From Mizuhopecten yessoensis (Eukaryota): a stretch of 64,000 bases of DNA. Under the pieces are notes generated by a model. The model did no database searches. It worked only from the letters and a program-made list of their open reading frames with translations, and had not been told where the DNA came from. Positions 23,352-34,929 of this stretch are shown piece by piece. A program made the position numbers and the translations under genes. Every line of letters begins with the position of its first letter. The stretch's first letter is position 1. Where the stretch lies: assembly GCF_002113885.1 (NCBI RefSeq), contig NW_018407853.1:1207113-1271112 (forward strand). The letters run 5' to 3'.

Positions 23352-26133
23352 GGTTAGTTCTGTTCCAGATATTTCATGGTGTACAGTCAGCCTGTATACA
23401 CTTTTATGATGGTAAGTAACAACGTGGAGACATCAAACAGCACATTGATTAGATAAAGTAGATTAAAGTCAAGTCCAGACGAACTATTCTCTGTGCGTGT
23501 CCTTACATATCTGAAGTAGTAGGTACAATTATATGGTATTGTTATGTATTTGCGAATATGCCTTAGGGAGTCATGGAATAAAAGCGACTTTCTTATCGTT
23601 ATGCGACATCTGTACGTAAGAAAGGTGGGGGTTTCGCCTATGCTAACACTGCCGTCTGCCAACATTTAGATTTCTTTTATAGCATCACGTCAGTGATTCC
23701 TTAAATATGTTCAGCGAATATGGTAACATTGCCTTTTTCCAAAACCATGGATACTTTGATAACATGAGACATATTCAGATAAAGGACAGATTATATGAAT
23801 CTAACGACAAAAAAACGAAAAGACTTAATTTTTATAGCTCACAAAACGACTATTAAAGATTGAGTAGCCGTTTACCTATAAGTAAATGATTTTATTCGAG
23901 GGTAGAATCTTTTAGCGATTTAGAAATGTAACTATGTGAAGATATACAAAATTCAATTAGTGATCAATTAATATTACCGTCTCCCAATGTTTGGATTACT
24001 CATCTAATGTTTACCAGTACTTATTCAATTTTGAAATTCAATTTGCTCCTCCCCTTCTGTTTCAACAACTGTAAGACCAGTTTGGATTTTCACCATTTTG
24101 GCGCCTAGCATCAGCCATGAGTCCTAGAAGGACAACAGCAGATGTATGGTGCATATAGTTTGTTGTTGCCCTACTGCATTAATTACTAAAGTATTTGAAA
24201 TGTACAATCACATGTGTATTCATCATCATCAATATCATACATGTACATTGTACTTCATTCCCAAATCTCCAACGGTTCTGTTCTACCTTCATATGGAACT
24301 CATTGTAAAATTGGCAGAGTGTATGAGAAAATAGGAAGGCAATTGGGTTAGGTGAGGCATCCACATCAGCCACAAAATATTTGACCTGACTTAATACCGT
24401 ACAATCCTCTCCATCCCCTCTCCGCCCCCGCCCTTATTAGAGTTAGATTAACTTATTTCAGCCCCTGTTGTAGAGGAGGGTTGTCAAGAGGGTAAAAAAG
24501 TGAGGTAAAAAAGAAGAAGAAATTACAGTATGAGAGTGTGAAAAAATGAGAGAGAAAAAATGAACCGGCGTTGATTTGTGAAGAAAGAAAATAGCGAGTG
24601 TTTGATGTATTGAGAGTTGTAGCTAAGGCATCCCATCCCGAAACAACCAACGAATAATGTACGCATCCCTGGGTTATTAAATGTATATACACACACAGAA
24701 AAAAGCAGCAAATAACTTAGCTCCTTCAAGATGACTATGTTTGCCAGAATTGGTCCCACATTATCTATTGAATAGAATAAATATTTCAAAGATGAATAAG
24801 TGCATGTCTTTGTCATTCATCTGTGCCTCTGGTAAGTTTGGAATAAAAAAAAAGTATCGGATTTTCATTTTTGAGTGTCAATTTCTCTGAGAAGTACAAA
24901 AAGCAATACGTTCTTAAAGAAAGTAGGCTATATTTATCAGAACAAGAATATTGATTAAATTTGGAAGCGGGAAAATATACCTTGTTAACAGAAAATAGGG
25001 TGCGATATGGTGAAGATGCATCTCCTGGAAGAGAAAGCTATTTAAATGTTGACACCTCAATTTAATTCTAGCAGCAGTTGTATAGGTTTCTACAGTACAA
25101 ATCATTGTATGGTTCATTTGTGTGCAAAATGAGAGGCCGAAAGCTAAGGGGTGATTCGTAGATGTATTATCCCAGGCGCTGTAACAGATATGAATTTAGG
25201 TAATAAATGCCTACATAAAGAATCTTTTTAAGGTACGTCATTACCGAAGTCTGCATTAATCACGAAAACATGCCTTTCCAGGTGTCGTTTCCCCTGGAAT
25301 CTAGGTATTTATCAGCTGTGACACAAGAACAAATTACAGTGTGCCTAAGTTCTCACGATCTTAACCCAGCAAATAGTGCGTGTTTGTATTGGTAATTACT
25401 TATTACGTTATTAACACTTATGTATGTATCGTTCGTAGCGAGGTACGGCATGTAGAAATGAAACACATTGCACGATTCTGGTTTCTGTGTATTGTATTCA
25501 TTCAAATCAATAGATCTATGTGATTTATTGGTTAGATGACACCGGTGATTCTTACTGCAGCAGTATATAAATACATATATCCATTAAGACTCTCTTATAA
25601 TATATTCAAACTGTAAACTTGATTACATCATTTGATATAGTGTGATGACGTGTCGTTGGCTTTGAAATACAGTGGCAAAGTCCACCAAGTATCGACCACC
25701 AAAGTTAGATATGAATATTGCATGCATATATGCACATTATGTGTCATGCTAATGTTTAACAAGTCCTGGTCCGCCAACAACGAGTACTCTAAATTGTATT
25801 GTTGTCAGATATTGAAATTCTATATATGAAAAAACATGGGTTAATCTTATTGTTTTGAAATTTAAACACAAATTATCTATTAAATTTTTAATTAAAAAGG
25901 AAAATTATTTGAAAATGTTCACATAAAAGTAGACTTAAGTGTAACTATACCAGTGGTGACGATCACTACCACCTAAGGACAAATAGTACTTTAGATGTGG
26001 TGTAGATAATAACTACCACCTTGGGACAAACAATGCATCGACGAATCGATACCACCTTAAGACAAATGTCACACTACAGTCAAGGTGTATACCGAAACAT
26101 AAAGATAATAACGCCAATGATATATAGTTTAAA

Positions 26134-27300
26134 ATGGAGATTGGGGTCGCAATCTTGTGTTCCCTAATATATTTCAACAAAATAACCATCGCAACTGATG
26201 TTTTGTGTCAACAAGGCGTCAACTGTCACCTACCGGACTGTTTCTGCAGTACATTTGAACATCCCATTGACCGAAATGACATCCCGCAAATGGTCTTTTT
26301 TGGCTTCGATGATGCAGTGAATGAACAAGTAGCTAAACACTATGACTTTATGTTCAGACGTGCGCGGACTAATCCTAACGGCTGTCCGATCGGTATCACG
26401 CTATATATTTCCCATAGAGGTACTGACTACAACACGGTAAAAAAATACTACAAACGTGGATTCGAACTGGCCGTGCATAGTATTAATCACGGTAAGATTG
26501 ATACCGACTCAAAATTGCTACAAGAGGCTAGAGATCAACGAACCAACATCGCTTCGCTAGCTGGTGTACCCCAGGATCACATCGTCGGTTGGAGAAGCCC
26601 AAGTTTACTGACAAGGGGGGATGCACAGTTTGACATCCTGACAGAACTTAATTACACGTATGACGTTTCGATGACGTATAGACGACTAAACATGCAGGAT
26701 CCCAATCCTTGGCCCTTTACCTTAGACTACGGATGGCCATTTACTCATACGTCGTGCACACCGAGCTGTCCTAGGAAGAGGCACAATGGATTTTGGGAAG
26801 TGCCTCTTAATGCAATGATTTTGAATAGATTCCCGTGTACTTATGTTGACGGCTGTTTCAGGATGCCGACCAGTGCCGACGATGCTTACAGATACGTCAT
26901 AGATAATTTCCAAAGCCATTACCGTGGTAACCGGGCTCCATTTGGAATCAGCATGCACGCCACCTGGTTTCTTCACCCATTCACTAGAGATGGTTTGGAT
27001 ATGGCAATACGCGACATGTTGTCACACGGGGATGTGTATATAGTAACTGTGCAACAAGTGTTGGAATGGATGAAAAACCCCGTCAAACTTTCGGATATTC
27101 ATAAGTTTGATGCTTGGAGTTGCAGCATTACAGATAGAATTGTGCATGGTACGTTATTGGCCGAATTGGTGGCTGGAGTTCTGGGTATTGTTCTATTAAT
27201 TGTTGGAGTTATCAGTGCAATTATCATCCGTACGCGAAAAGCATCAACCTATGCTCTCCTTAATGATTTGGAAACCGTAAACATAAACCCGGAAAAATGA
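26134..27300 (+). CDS. Membrane-anchored chitin deacetylase-like protein (CE4) with intact metal-binding triad
   Basis: 388-aa single-exon ORF with signal peptide, FGFDD (D59/D60), AVHSINH (H115/H119), GWRSP and GISMH. TM LLAELVAGVLGIVLLIVGVISAIII; tail RTRKASTYALL. AATAAA at 27516. Confidence 0.93.
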   Translation: MEIGVAILCSLIYFNKITIATDVLCQQGVNCHLPDCFCSTFEHPIDRNDIPQMVFFGFDDAVNEQVAKHYDFMFRRARTNPNGCPIGITLYISHRGTDYNTVKKYYKRGFELAVHSINHGKIDTDSKLLQEARDQRTNIASLAGVPQDHIVGWRSPSLLTRGDAQFDILTELNYTYDVSMTYRRLNMQDPNPWPFTLDYGWPFTHTSCTPSCPRKRHNGFWEVPLNAMILNRFPCTYVDGCFRMPTSADDAYRYVIDNFQSHYRGNRAPFGISMHATWFLHPFTRDGLDMAIRDMLSHGDVYIVTVQQVLEWMKNPVKLSDIHKFDAWSCSITDRIVHGTLLAELVAGVLGIVLLIVGVISAIIIRTRKASTYALLNDLETVNINPEK

Positions 27301-29274
27301 AATCAGTATGATGTTGCTACCAATGCAGGCTAACGACCGAAACATTAAATATTGGTATGTTTACTTTCAGGAGTACTTGTTTGTTGATTGATTGTTTCAT
27401 AACTATACCTGGTTCGACTCTTATTGTGAAGGTCCATGATGTTTTTACTCTTGTTTTGGTTCCTGCCTTTTTGTAACGACCTTTACCTCAGGTTTTAGCG
27501 CTGTTGATTTATTGAAATAAAATATTTTCAAAAATAGGCATAGGGACATTGAATTATTTCAAATGATGTATGACCAATGATTTAGGATATGTTACATGTA
27601 TCTACTAAGGGGAGGATATGTTCAGCCTCGTGGATCAAATACCTATTCTGAACATGCTTTGCGTTTATCAACATTTGACGGATGGTGTTAAGGATTTTAT
27701 TTGACCAATGCTAGTATTTGAAATATGAAAATTTAGGTCAAATTTTCAAAATAAGGATAACGTGGAAAATACGACATGATTTGCAATATAAGCAGATGAC
27801 AGTAATGTGTATTTGAAAACTATTTTTCTTCCGGCAAAAACCTAGAAATAGATTGACTTTTAGGCCATGAACATGGAAACAAACGCTATTGGAAAATTTG
27901 CGAAAGAAGAAATATTGACCACGGGTAAGTACTGTCACTAAAATATTTAAGGCTTTACAATCCCAAAGTGTTATGAGGGAACTTTAACCAGAAATATCAG
28001 TGTATAACTATATATATATATATTATGTTGTCTCTGCACGTGTTTATAATGGCTCTCAAAGCATCGGTCACGAGACAGTCACTTTATAAATACAACTGCA
28101 CACATGACACAAACAAAGAAAAAGAAAAGAAAAAACCCAGTATTTGTTACTTGACATTATTAAAGCTAGATCAAATCCCTTGACATTTATCGTTTTTTAT
28201 GCGGGAAGCACGTACAAGTACAACTAGCCATAAAGCATTCAAAATAAAAGTATAAATACTGTTTAAATTATTGTAGAATTTAAGTTTCTTCCTTGGTTCG
28301 AAAATAAGTTTTGAAATATATTTTTGCAAGATTATGAACTGATTAACTATTAAACTGATCATGATCTATGGACTGTTTAATGTAAACTGTTATGTGGATA
28401 ACAAGGTGTGCAACGTTTCACCATATAAATATCTGAGCACTGGTTTGACACAACCTGCCTAACTCTGTTTGATGTTACAGGTTAGCCATGGGGTTCCTCC
28501 CTATTAAGGCATATAGACACGTATGGGCTATTATATGCACAGCAGTGAGCGAGGCATGAGTAATGTTAAACTACTATTTATAGTGTAGAGAACATGGTTT
28601 GTATACTCACAATTTTATTAAAAAGTGGAATAAAATGTTTATATAAAACTCCATATTGACGTGTGGTCTGTTCATGTTCCTCAGTCAATTTCTGATCCTA
28701 ATAAATAGGGTTGGTGATGACAACTAGGAAAATACATGTACTTTTAAATGCAAATGTTACAGTACCGCACATAAAGAAATATGTTAAACATTTTAGCGAC
28801 TTTTATCTTTCAGTAGTAAAAGACAACATATTTGGCTTCTTAAAAATAGCAAAAATTTGCATTGTTTCAAACGAACATCCCAATCGTATAATAGTGTAAA
28901 CAATGATCCAGTATTTATTGACTTCCCTATACACCAAAGTAACCGAGGTACAGCGGTAGCCAAATTAGCACAATTATCACTACAAATACTAAGAAAAAGG
29001 AGCAACTATTCAAAAATGTGGTTTGCGGATGAAGAACGCTAAACGAAGTCAACATTTTACTGCATCAAGGTCGATTCGTCCATTAAGTACTCGTCAGTGA
29101 TACTGAAGTTAACAAGAATAAACAACCCATGTCTTTATTCTGAAACATACGTGTACTCAACAGATGGGCCAGGTGCCCATACAACCCCTCATAACGTTAC
29201 ACATTGACAATATTAGGCAACAAGAGTAGTATATACTTAGACTAGTATTTCATGTAAACCGTACCAGGATAAAT

Positions 29275-30430
29275 TCCAGGCTACGGCCAACTTAAACGGC
29301 CAACTTCTGGGACTGATAATCCATGTTAAGGCCAACTTCTGGGACTGATAGTCCTAGCTACGGCCAACTTCTGGGACTCAGTTCAGGCTACGGCCAACTT
29401 CTGGGACTGATAATACAGGTCACGGCCAACTTCTGGGACTCATAATCAAGGCTACGGCAAACTTCTGGGACTCAGTTCAGGTTACAGCCAACTTCTGGTA
29501 CTGATAGTCCAGGCTACGGCCAACTTCTGGAACTCATAGTCCAGAATACGGCCAACTTCTGGAACTCATAGCCTAGGCTACGGCGAACTTCTGGGACTCG
29601 TAGTCAAGGCTATGGCAAACTTCTGGGAATGATAATCCAGGCTTCGGCCAAAATCTGGGACTCAAAGTCCAGGCTACGGCCAACTTCTGGGACTAATAGT
29701 CCAGGCTACGGCCAACTTCTGCGACTTAAAGTCCAGACTTCGGCCAACTTCTGGGACTGATAATCCATGTTACGGCCAACTTCTGGGACTGATAGTCCTG
29801 GCTACGGCCAACTTCTGGGACTCAGTTCAGGCTACGGCCAACTTCTGGGACTGATAATACAGGTTACGGCCAACTTCTGGGACTCATAATCAAGGCTACG
29901 GCAAACTTCTGGGACTCAGTTCAGGTTACAGCCAACTTCTGGTACTGATAGTCCAGGCTACGGCCAACTTCTGGAACTCATAGTCCAGAATACGGCCAAC
30001 TTCTGGAACTCATAGCCTAGGCTACGGCGAACTTCTGGGACTCGTAGTCAAGGCTATGGCAAACTTCTGGGAATGATAATCCAGGCTTCGGCCAAAATCT
30101 GGGACTCAAAGTCCAGGCTACGGCCAACTTCTGGGACTAATAGTCCAGGCTACGGCCAACTTCTGCGACTTAAAGTCCAGACTTCGGCCAATTTCTGGGA
30201 CTGATAGTCCAGGTTACGGCCCACTTCTGGGACTCATAGTCCACCAACAGAATAAATCACCGTGTTGCGTTATATACAGACAACTTTTGCGACTCATAGT
30301 CCAGGCTACGGCCAACTGCTGTGACTTATAGTCTATGCTACGGCCAACTTCTAGGACTCACAGTCCAGGCTACGACCCACTTCTGGGACTCATAGTCCAC
30401 CAACAGAATAAATCACCGTGTTGCGTTATA
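29275..30430. repeat. 32-bp minisatellite (with 30-bp variants) containing a 444-bp higher-order duplication
   Basis: Consensus CCAGGCTACGGCCAACTTCTGGGACTCATAGT. The order of variant units at 29297-29740 repeats at 29741-30184. Confidence 0.95.
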
Positions 30431-31663
30431 TAGTCACTACAAATATGAAGAAAAGGAGGCACCTTCTAAAATATTTAAAAATGTAAATTGTAAATGCAGA
30501 AATTTATACAAACGTTTTTCTTTTCTATATGGCTATTTCGTCCATTAAGGACTCATCAGTATTACAAAGGTCAGAAATTGAAAATTCAATTTCTAAAGTG
30601 TTCAAAAACATATTTTTATAGGCGAACATTAAAAGGAGAAGTACTTATAATACCCGTTACAACTTTACAACTTGTAATTTTTTCTGTTATATTTGTTTAA
30701 TGATACAATGAACTTATATTTTGAAGTACTAGTAAAGAATATTTAGGAATTGTGCTGCTTTCTTTATTTCTCTTTATATCAATTCATTTGCATTATTTAA
30801 AGGAAGAAATGACAAAATATACAAAATATTAAAAGAAAATGTGTTCCTCTTTCTAAAACATCCACAAAAATGGGGGGTCGGTCATATCATTTGTGTTACT
30901 TTTTACCTTTTTGGTGGTCAAAAATCAAAAGTGTTTCAGTTACACTAAATATGTAAATTTTTTTATCAATAATGTATAATGGCGACACAATGACAACTCG
31001 AGTGATCAATCTAGTGTCAAAAAAGGTGATTTTTTTGCCTTTTTTGAAGCCCAAGAAATACACATCAATACACATTTTCAAAATGGCCGCCGAATAGGTA
31101 ATTTTTTCAAATTCTTGTAAAAAAAGTTCTACAAACAACAGACATTTAGTTTTTATTACGTTTTCTTGAACGTGATTAAAACCTCAGAAGAGTACATCCT
31201 TAAGGATTAACTTAAATATATTTTTTATGTTATGAAGATATAACAAAAAAAAACCCGGAGTGTACTCTAAATAAACCGCGAAACTAACGAGACGCTAGCA
31301 TTCTTCCAATTCACCCATTGCTACAAAATCAATATAATATCTGACATATGAATTAAGAATTATACTGTAACTAACGCAAGTTCTGTCTTACTTGCTACTT
31401 GACGTCCCTCAATAAACAATATAATGTCCAGTGTTCACATTTATGTCCGACTGGGGATGTTAACTTTGAATAAAAAAATAATAATAGAGGTCTCTAAAAC
31501 AGCGGCGTAGTTGCATTGACTACTTAAAATTATTTCGCGTTGCCCGTTTTTGGTATCACATTATCTTACATTATTCTTTTTCTGTAATTTATTTCTGGAA
31601 ATTGTTTCCTACAAAATCTCCCGAACCGACGCCGTTAATTAAAAACTCATCTTACTCACACTC

Positions 31664-32145
31664 CAGTGGCGTAGCAAATCATTTTTCGAAGTGAATGCGT
31701 ACAGAGGGTTGAGCGTCCGAGGCGCGTAGCGCCGAATGAGGGTGAGGGTATGAGAGGGGGATTTCCCCTCTCGTTGCTGGAAAAAAAGAAATTCTACTAG
31801 GCCCTAGAAGCAATCTGTCGTATTCTGGGAACTCCTTTTAGTGTGATAATAAACAAGTAAAACCCGACCTTTTATATGAAAAACATTGAATTTTGTACTT
31901 GAATAAGTAGTTTTTGATTTACGTAGTCCTTCGAGATGTTTCACTGTGTATAGACACAACATAGCAACACCATTGTATCAAATTAAAATTGTCAAGAATT
32001 TTTTTTATTACTTTACTTTTTATGATTGATACGGACGGTCCATATCAATCATAAAAAAAGAAAGAAATTAATACAAATAATCTTATTAAAAAAATCTTTA
32101 GTGTATGACTGAGCATACAAGCATACATGTATGTTTCGCCACGTG
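31664..32145. mobile_element. Degenerate hAT-like MITE
   Basis: Starts CAGTGGCGTAGC and has a degenerate complementary end GTTTCGCCACGTG. CACTC is present on both flanks. Confidence 0.4.
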
Positions 32146-33048
32146 CACTCGGGGATTACGTTTCATAGTGAATTCGAGATTTTGAAGTAAGTTGTTTCCC
32201 TTTGACTATTCAAATATGTTAACAGGCGTCAAGAAAAACACCATATTCCACTTAAACGACGACCTTCTACGTATTAGGTATATAATCGGAATAGTCAACG
32301 TATAAATCAAGAGCGAATTTATTACAATAGATACAACACTAATCTTGCAATGTTTCGGTAGTACGTGCAAGAATTTTTTTCAAAATGTATTTCTATTTTT
32401 TGTTCATTCATTGAAGTAATGGAATACGTGACTTTTATCATATAATGGTGAATTAACTATTATTTCTAACACATATTTTAAAGTGGATTGAAATTGTAAA
32501 GCTTTTAAAGAATAATTGATGATATTGAATTTTTTTAATGACATTTCTTCGGCTTTCAAAACATAATTAACATGTCAGGATTATGAAATTTGGTCGACAA
32601 CTTTGGGCCAGATATCAATTCGTAACAATAACGATATCAAACATCCCGACCAGATAGATATCAATACAAAATATGATATGTGTTTGTAAGGAAATGTTTA
32701 TTTTAGCCACGGCGATGTAATACGTAAAACCCAATTTCCCTTAATGTGTCGCTATAGGAGGAACTAAAACCGATAATCATCCTTTTCACTCGGGCAGAAT
32801 ACATTTTGACAGAAACGTTGTCTAGTAGTCTAGTTTGCTAATCGCCTTAATCCTCACTATCAACGCAAGATACAACATCCAAAGGAGAATATGTAAAATT
32901 GACCATAAAGATAAAGATTATTTATTTACACAATTAACAGATATTCAATATCTTTCAAATTTAACTCCAGAAAAAATGTAATACCGATTTTATCATAATA
33001 TGCCATTTTAATACTGATGGTATTTGACATGATCACAGACATGCATCT

Positions 33049-33215
33049 CAGGCGCGTAGCTGCCTATGTATATGAATCCATCAATTTTTAAACAGGGAAA
33101 AAATCACAAAAAAATGTTCGTTGTACTACCCCCTTGTCCCCCTCAGCTATTAAGGCCGTCCACTGGACCTGCTCCTAAATGAATCCACTCCGAACAAGGG
33201 TTAGCTACGCCTCTG
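33049..33215. mobile_element. Short hAT-like MITE
   Basis: Termini CAGGCGCGTAGCT / AGCTACGCCTCTG (imperfect 13-bp TIR). Confidence 0.55.
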
Positions 33216-33471
33216 GGATCACACTAACCATTACTTGTACATGTTACGTCTCTGCAGACACATATAAACGTCTCTGGTCTCTGCGACCAGAGACGTACAA
33301 TGTACATATTACAATATAAACTCTTGTTAAGTTTTGAAACTTTTTTAAAACTCTAAGATTGTTTTCCAATCACTCTAATATTTCATGTTTGTTACAATTG
33401 CAAGCGTTGGCTTATTAAATAAATCTCTACTTTTGAACTAAAAACGATGATAACACACTTACTTAAAATAA

Positions 33472-33534
33472 TTTCGCGCCAAAATAACTATATATCCGAG
33501 TAGTTCCGAACAGTAGTCAACAAAAGTCACGTGA
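33472..33534 (+). promoter_or_regulatory. Putative promoter of the + strand gene: overlapping double E2F site and E-box
   Basis: TTTCGCGCCAAA (33472-33483) and GTCACGTGA (33526-33534) lie just upstream of a CpG-containing segment that ends in a strong donor CG|GTGAGT at 33761/33762. Confidence 0.45.
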
Positions 33535-33549
33535 TGAAGCGTACAGTTG

Positions 33550-33761
33550 TCAAGTTAGTTACACTTCCCCACATAGAAAGGTGTCCAAGCAAACAGCTGT
33601 GTGTCGGGGATAGTACCCGAGGTTTAGAGGATTTTGAAGTGAACAGGATTACACAATTAAATTGTTACAGGGATATGTACAGTTTTTGATGTCCAGACAG
33701 GATTTACACTGCTGAGTGCCAGCCGTGCCGACGGGCACTTGTTCCAGACCATGTGTTTACG
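33550..33761 (+). other. Putative non-coding first exon of the + strand multi-exon gene (start approximate)
   Basis: Donor GTGAGT at 33762 with promoter-like motifs upstream. The exon at 43592 begins with an acceptor and 78 nt of UTR, so an upstream exon is needed. Confidence 0.45.
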
Positions 33762-34929
33762 GTGAGTCGAGATCAATCAGTCACATATGCAGCTGATCGT
33801 GACTAATTATTGTTTATCGTACAGGTGTGGGTCAGTTTAGGAACGTCGACCCTCTTAACGATATATAATGAGTATTGCCATATCGATAACTGTATAATTT
33901 GGTTCCATTAAAATACCGCATGTACAATTATATCTTTTCAAATAGTTAAATATATATATACAATACATAATATATCTACTTATTTGGTATATTACAGTAC
34001 AGAGACACCCATGTGCTGTAAAAAGGCTTATTAGTGGATCGATGATTTCAGAAAAGGATATATATAAAGTTCTAAATTGCACAGTCCGAGTTCAACCCGC
34101 ATTAATTAATAACTTCATTTCCCCCATCTAACCCCAAGAGTGTAAAGTATTGGTGTTAGAGGTTTACACAGTGAGTAACTTCTGACAGGCGCAGTCAGCA
34201 AAATCATATCTGATAGAAAAAAGGCTGACCAGTAGCCTCTTATGTTATAAGAGTATAGGGGCAGTACTGCATGTGTTCAACATAGTGTATTTATATCCCT
34301 ATGTATATGTTATGGCTTAGAGTTACATGAACGATAAACTTTCCTTATTGCAGTATATTCATTTTAGATCTCTAGCCTAGACACCCGACTTAGACATTTT
34401 GACAGATAGATGTGTGGTATTGGCAGATTATAAGTCTATCTGTCAAATGCCTAATTTTGGTATCCGGGCCAGAGGAAACTGGGACTATAATGTTCATCTT
34501 TCATTTTGATACTGTGCATGTCTTATATATATAGCATCATGTTAATGAAGTACAGCGTACATATGATTGCCAGTGTAATAAATATATATGAAAATATATA
34601 TATCAGAGGTTTGATCCCTGCAGCTTTTGTTGTTCAAGTTTGTTTACTGTTTTTCTGTTTTCAAATATACTGTACTCACCAATGCCGAACAACTACAATA
34701 TTTGGTAAAATTCATTTATCAATTGTGAGAATGTGATTCATGTGGAACACTTTTATAGAAAAAATATTTTAAAACATATATTTCATGAAAGTGACAATGT
34801 TAATAGTACAGAATTTTGATGATATTTTGACTTATGCAATTGATAAGTTTCTGTAATCAAATTAAAGGCTTTAATACTTCTGAGTCCATTGCATAGGGCT
34901 AGGGGATGTGCCATGAGACCTTTTTACTT

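Noticed and set aside
8532-27300. Horizontal transfer or bacterial contamination as origin of the intronless deacetylases
   Set aside because: The motifs (CxLPDCFCS, NPNGC, WPxTLD, GNRAPFG) are of the animal CDA-like type, and the genes are embedded among host repeats.
27736-27920. Possible MITE with GGTCAA..TTGACC ends
   Set aside because: The inverted match is short and AT-rich with no TSD; it could be chance.
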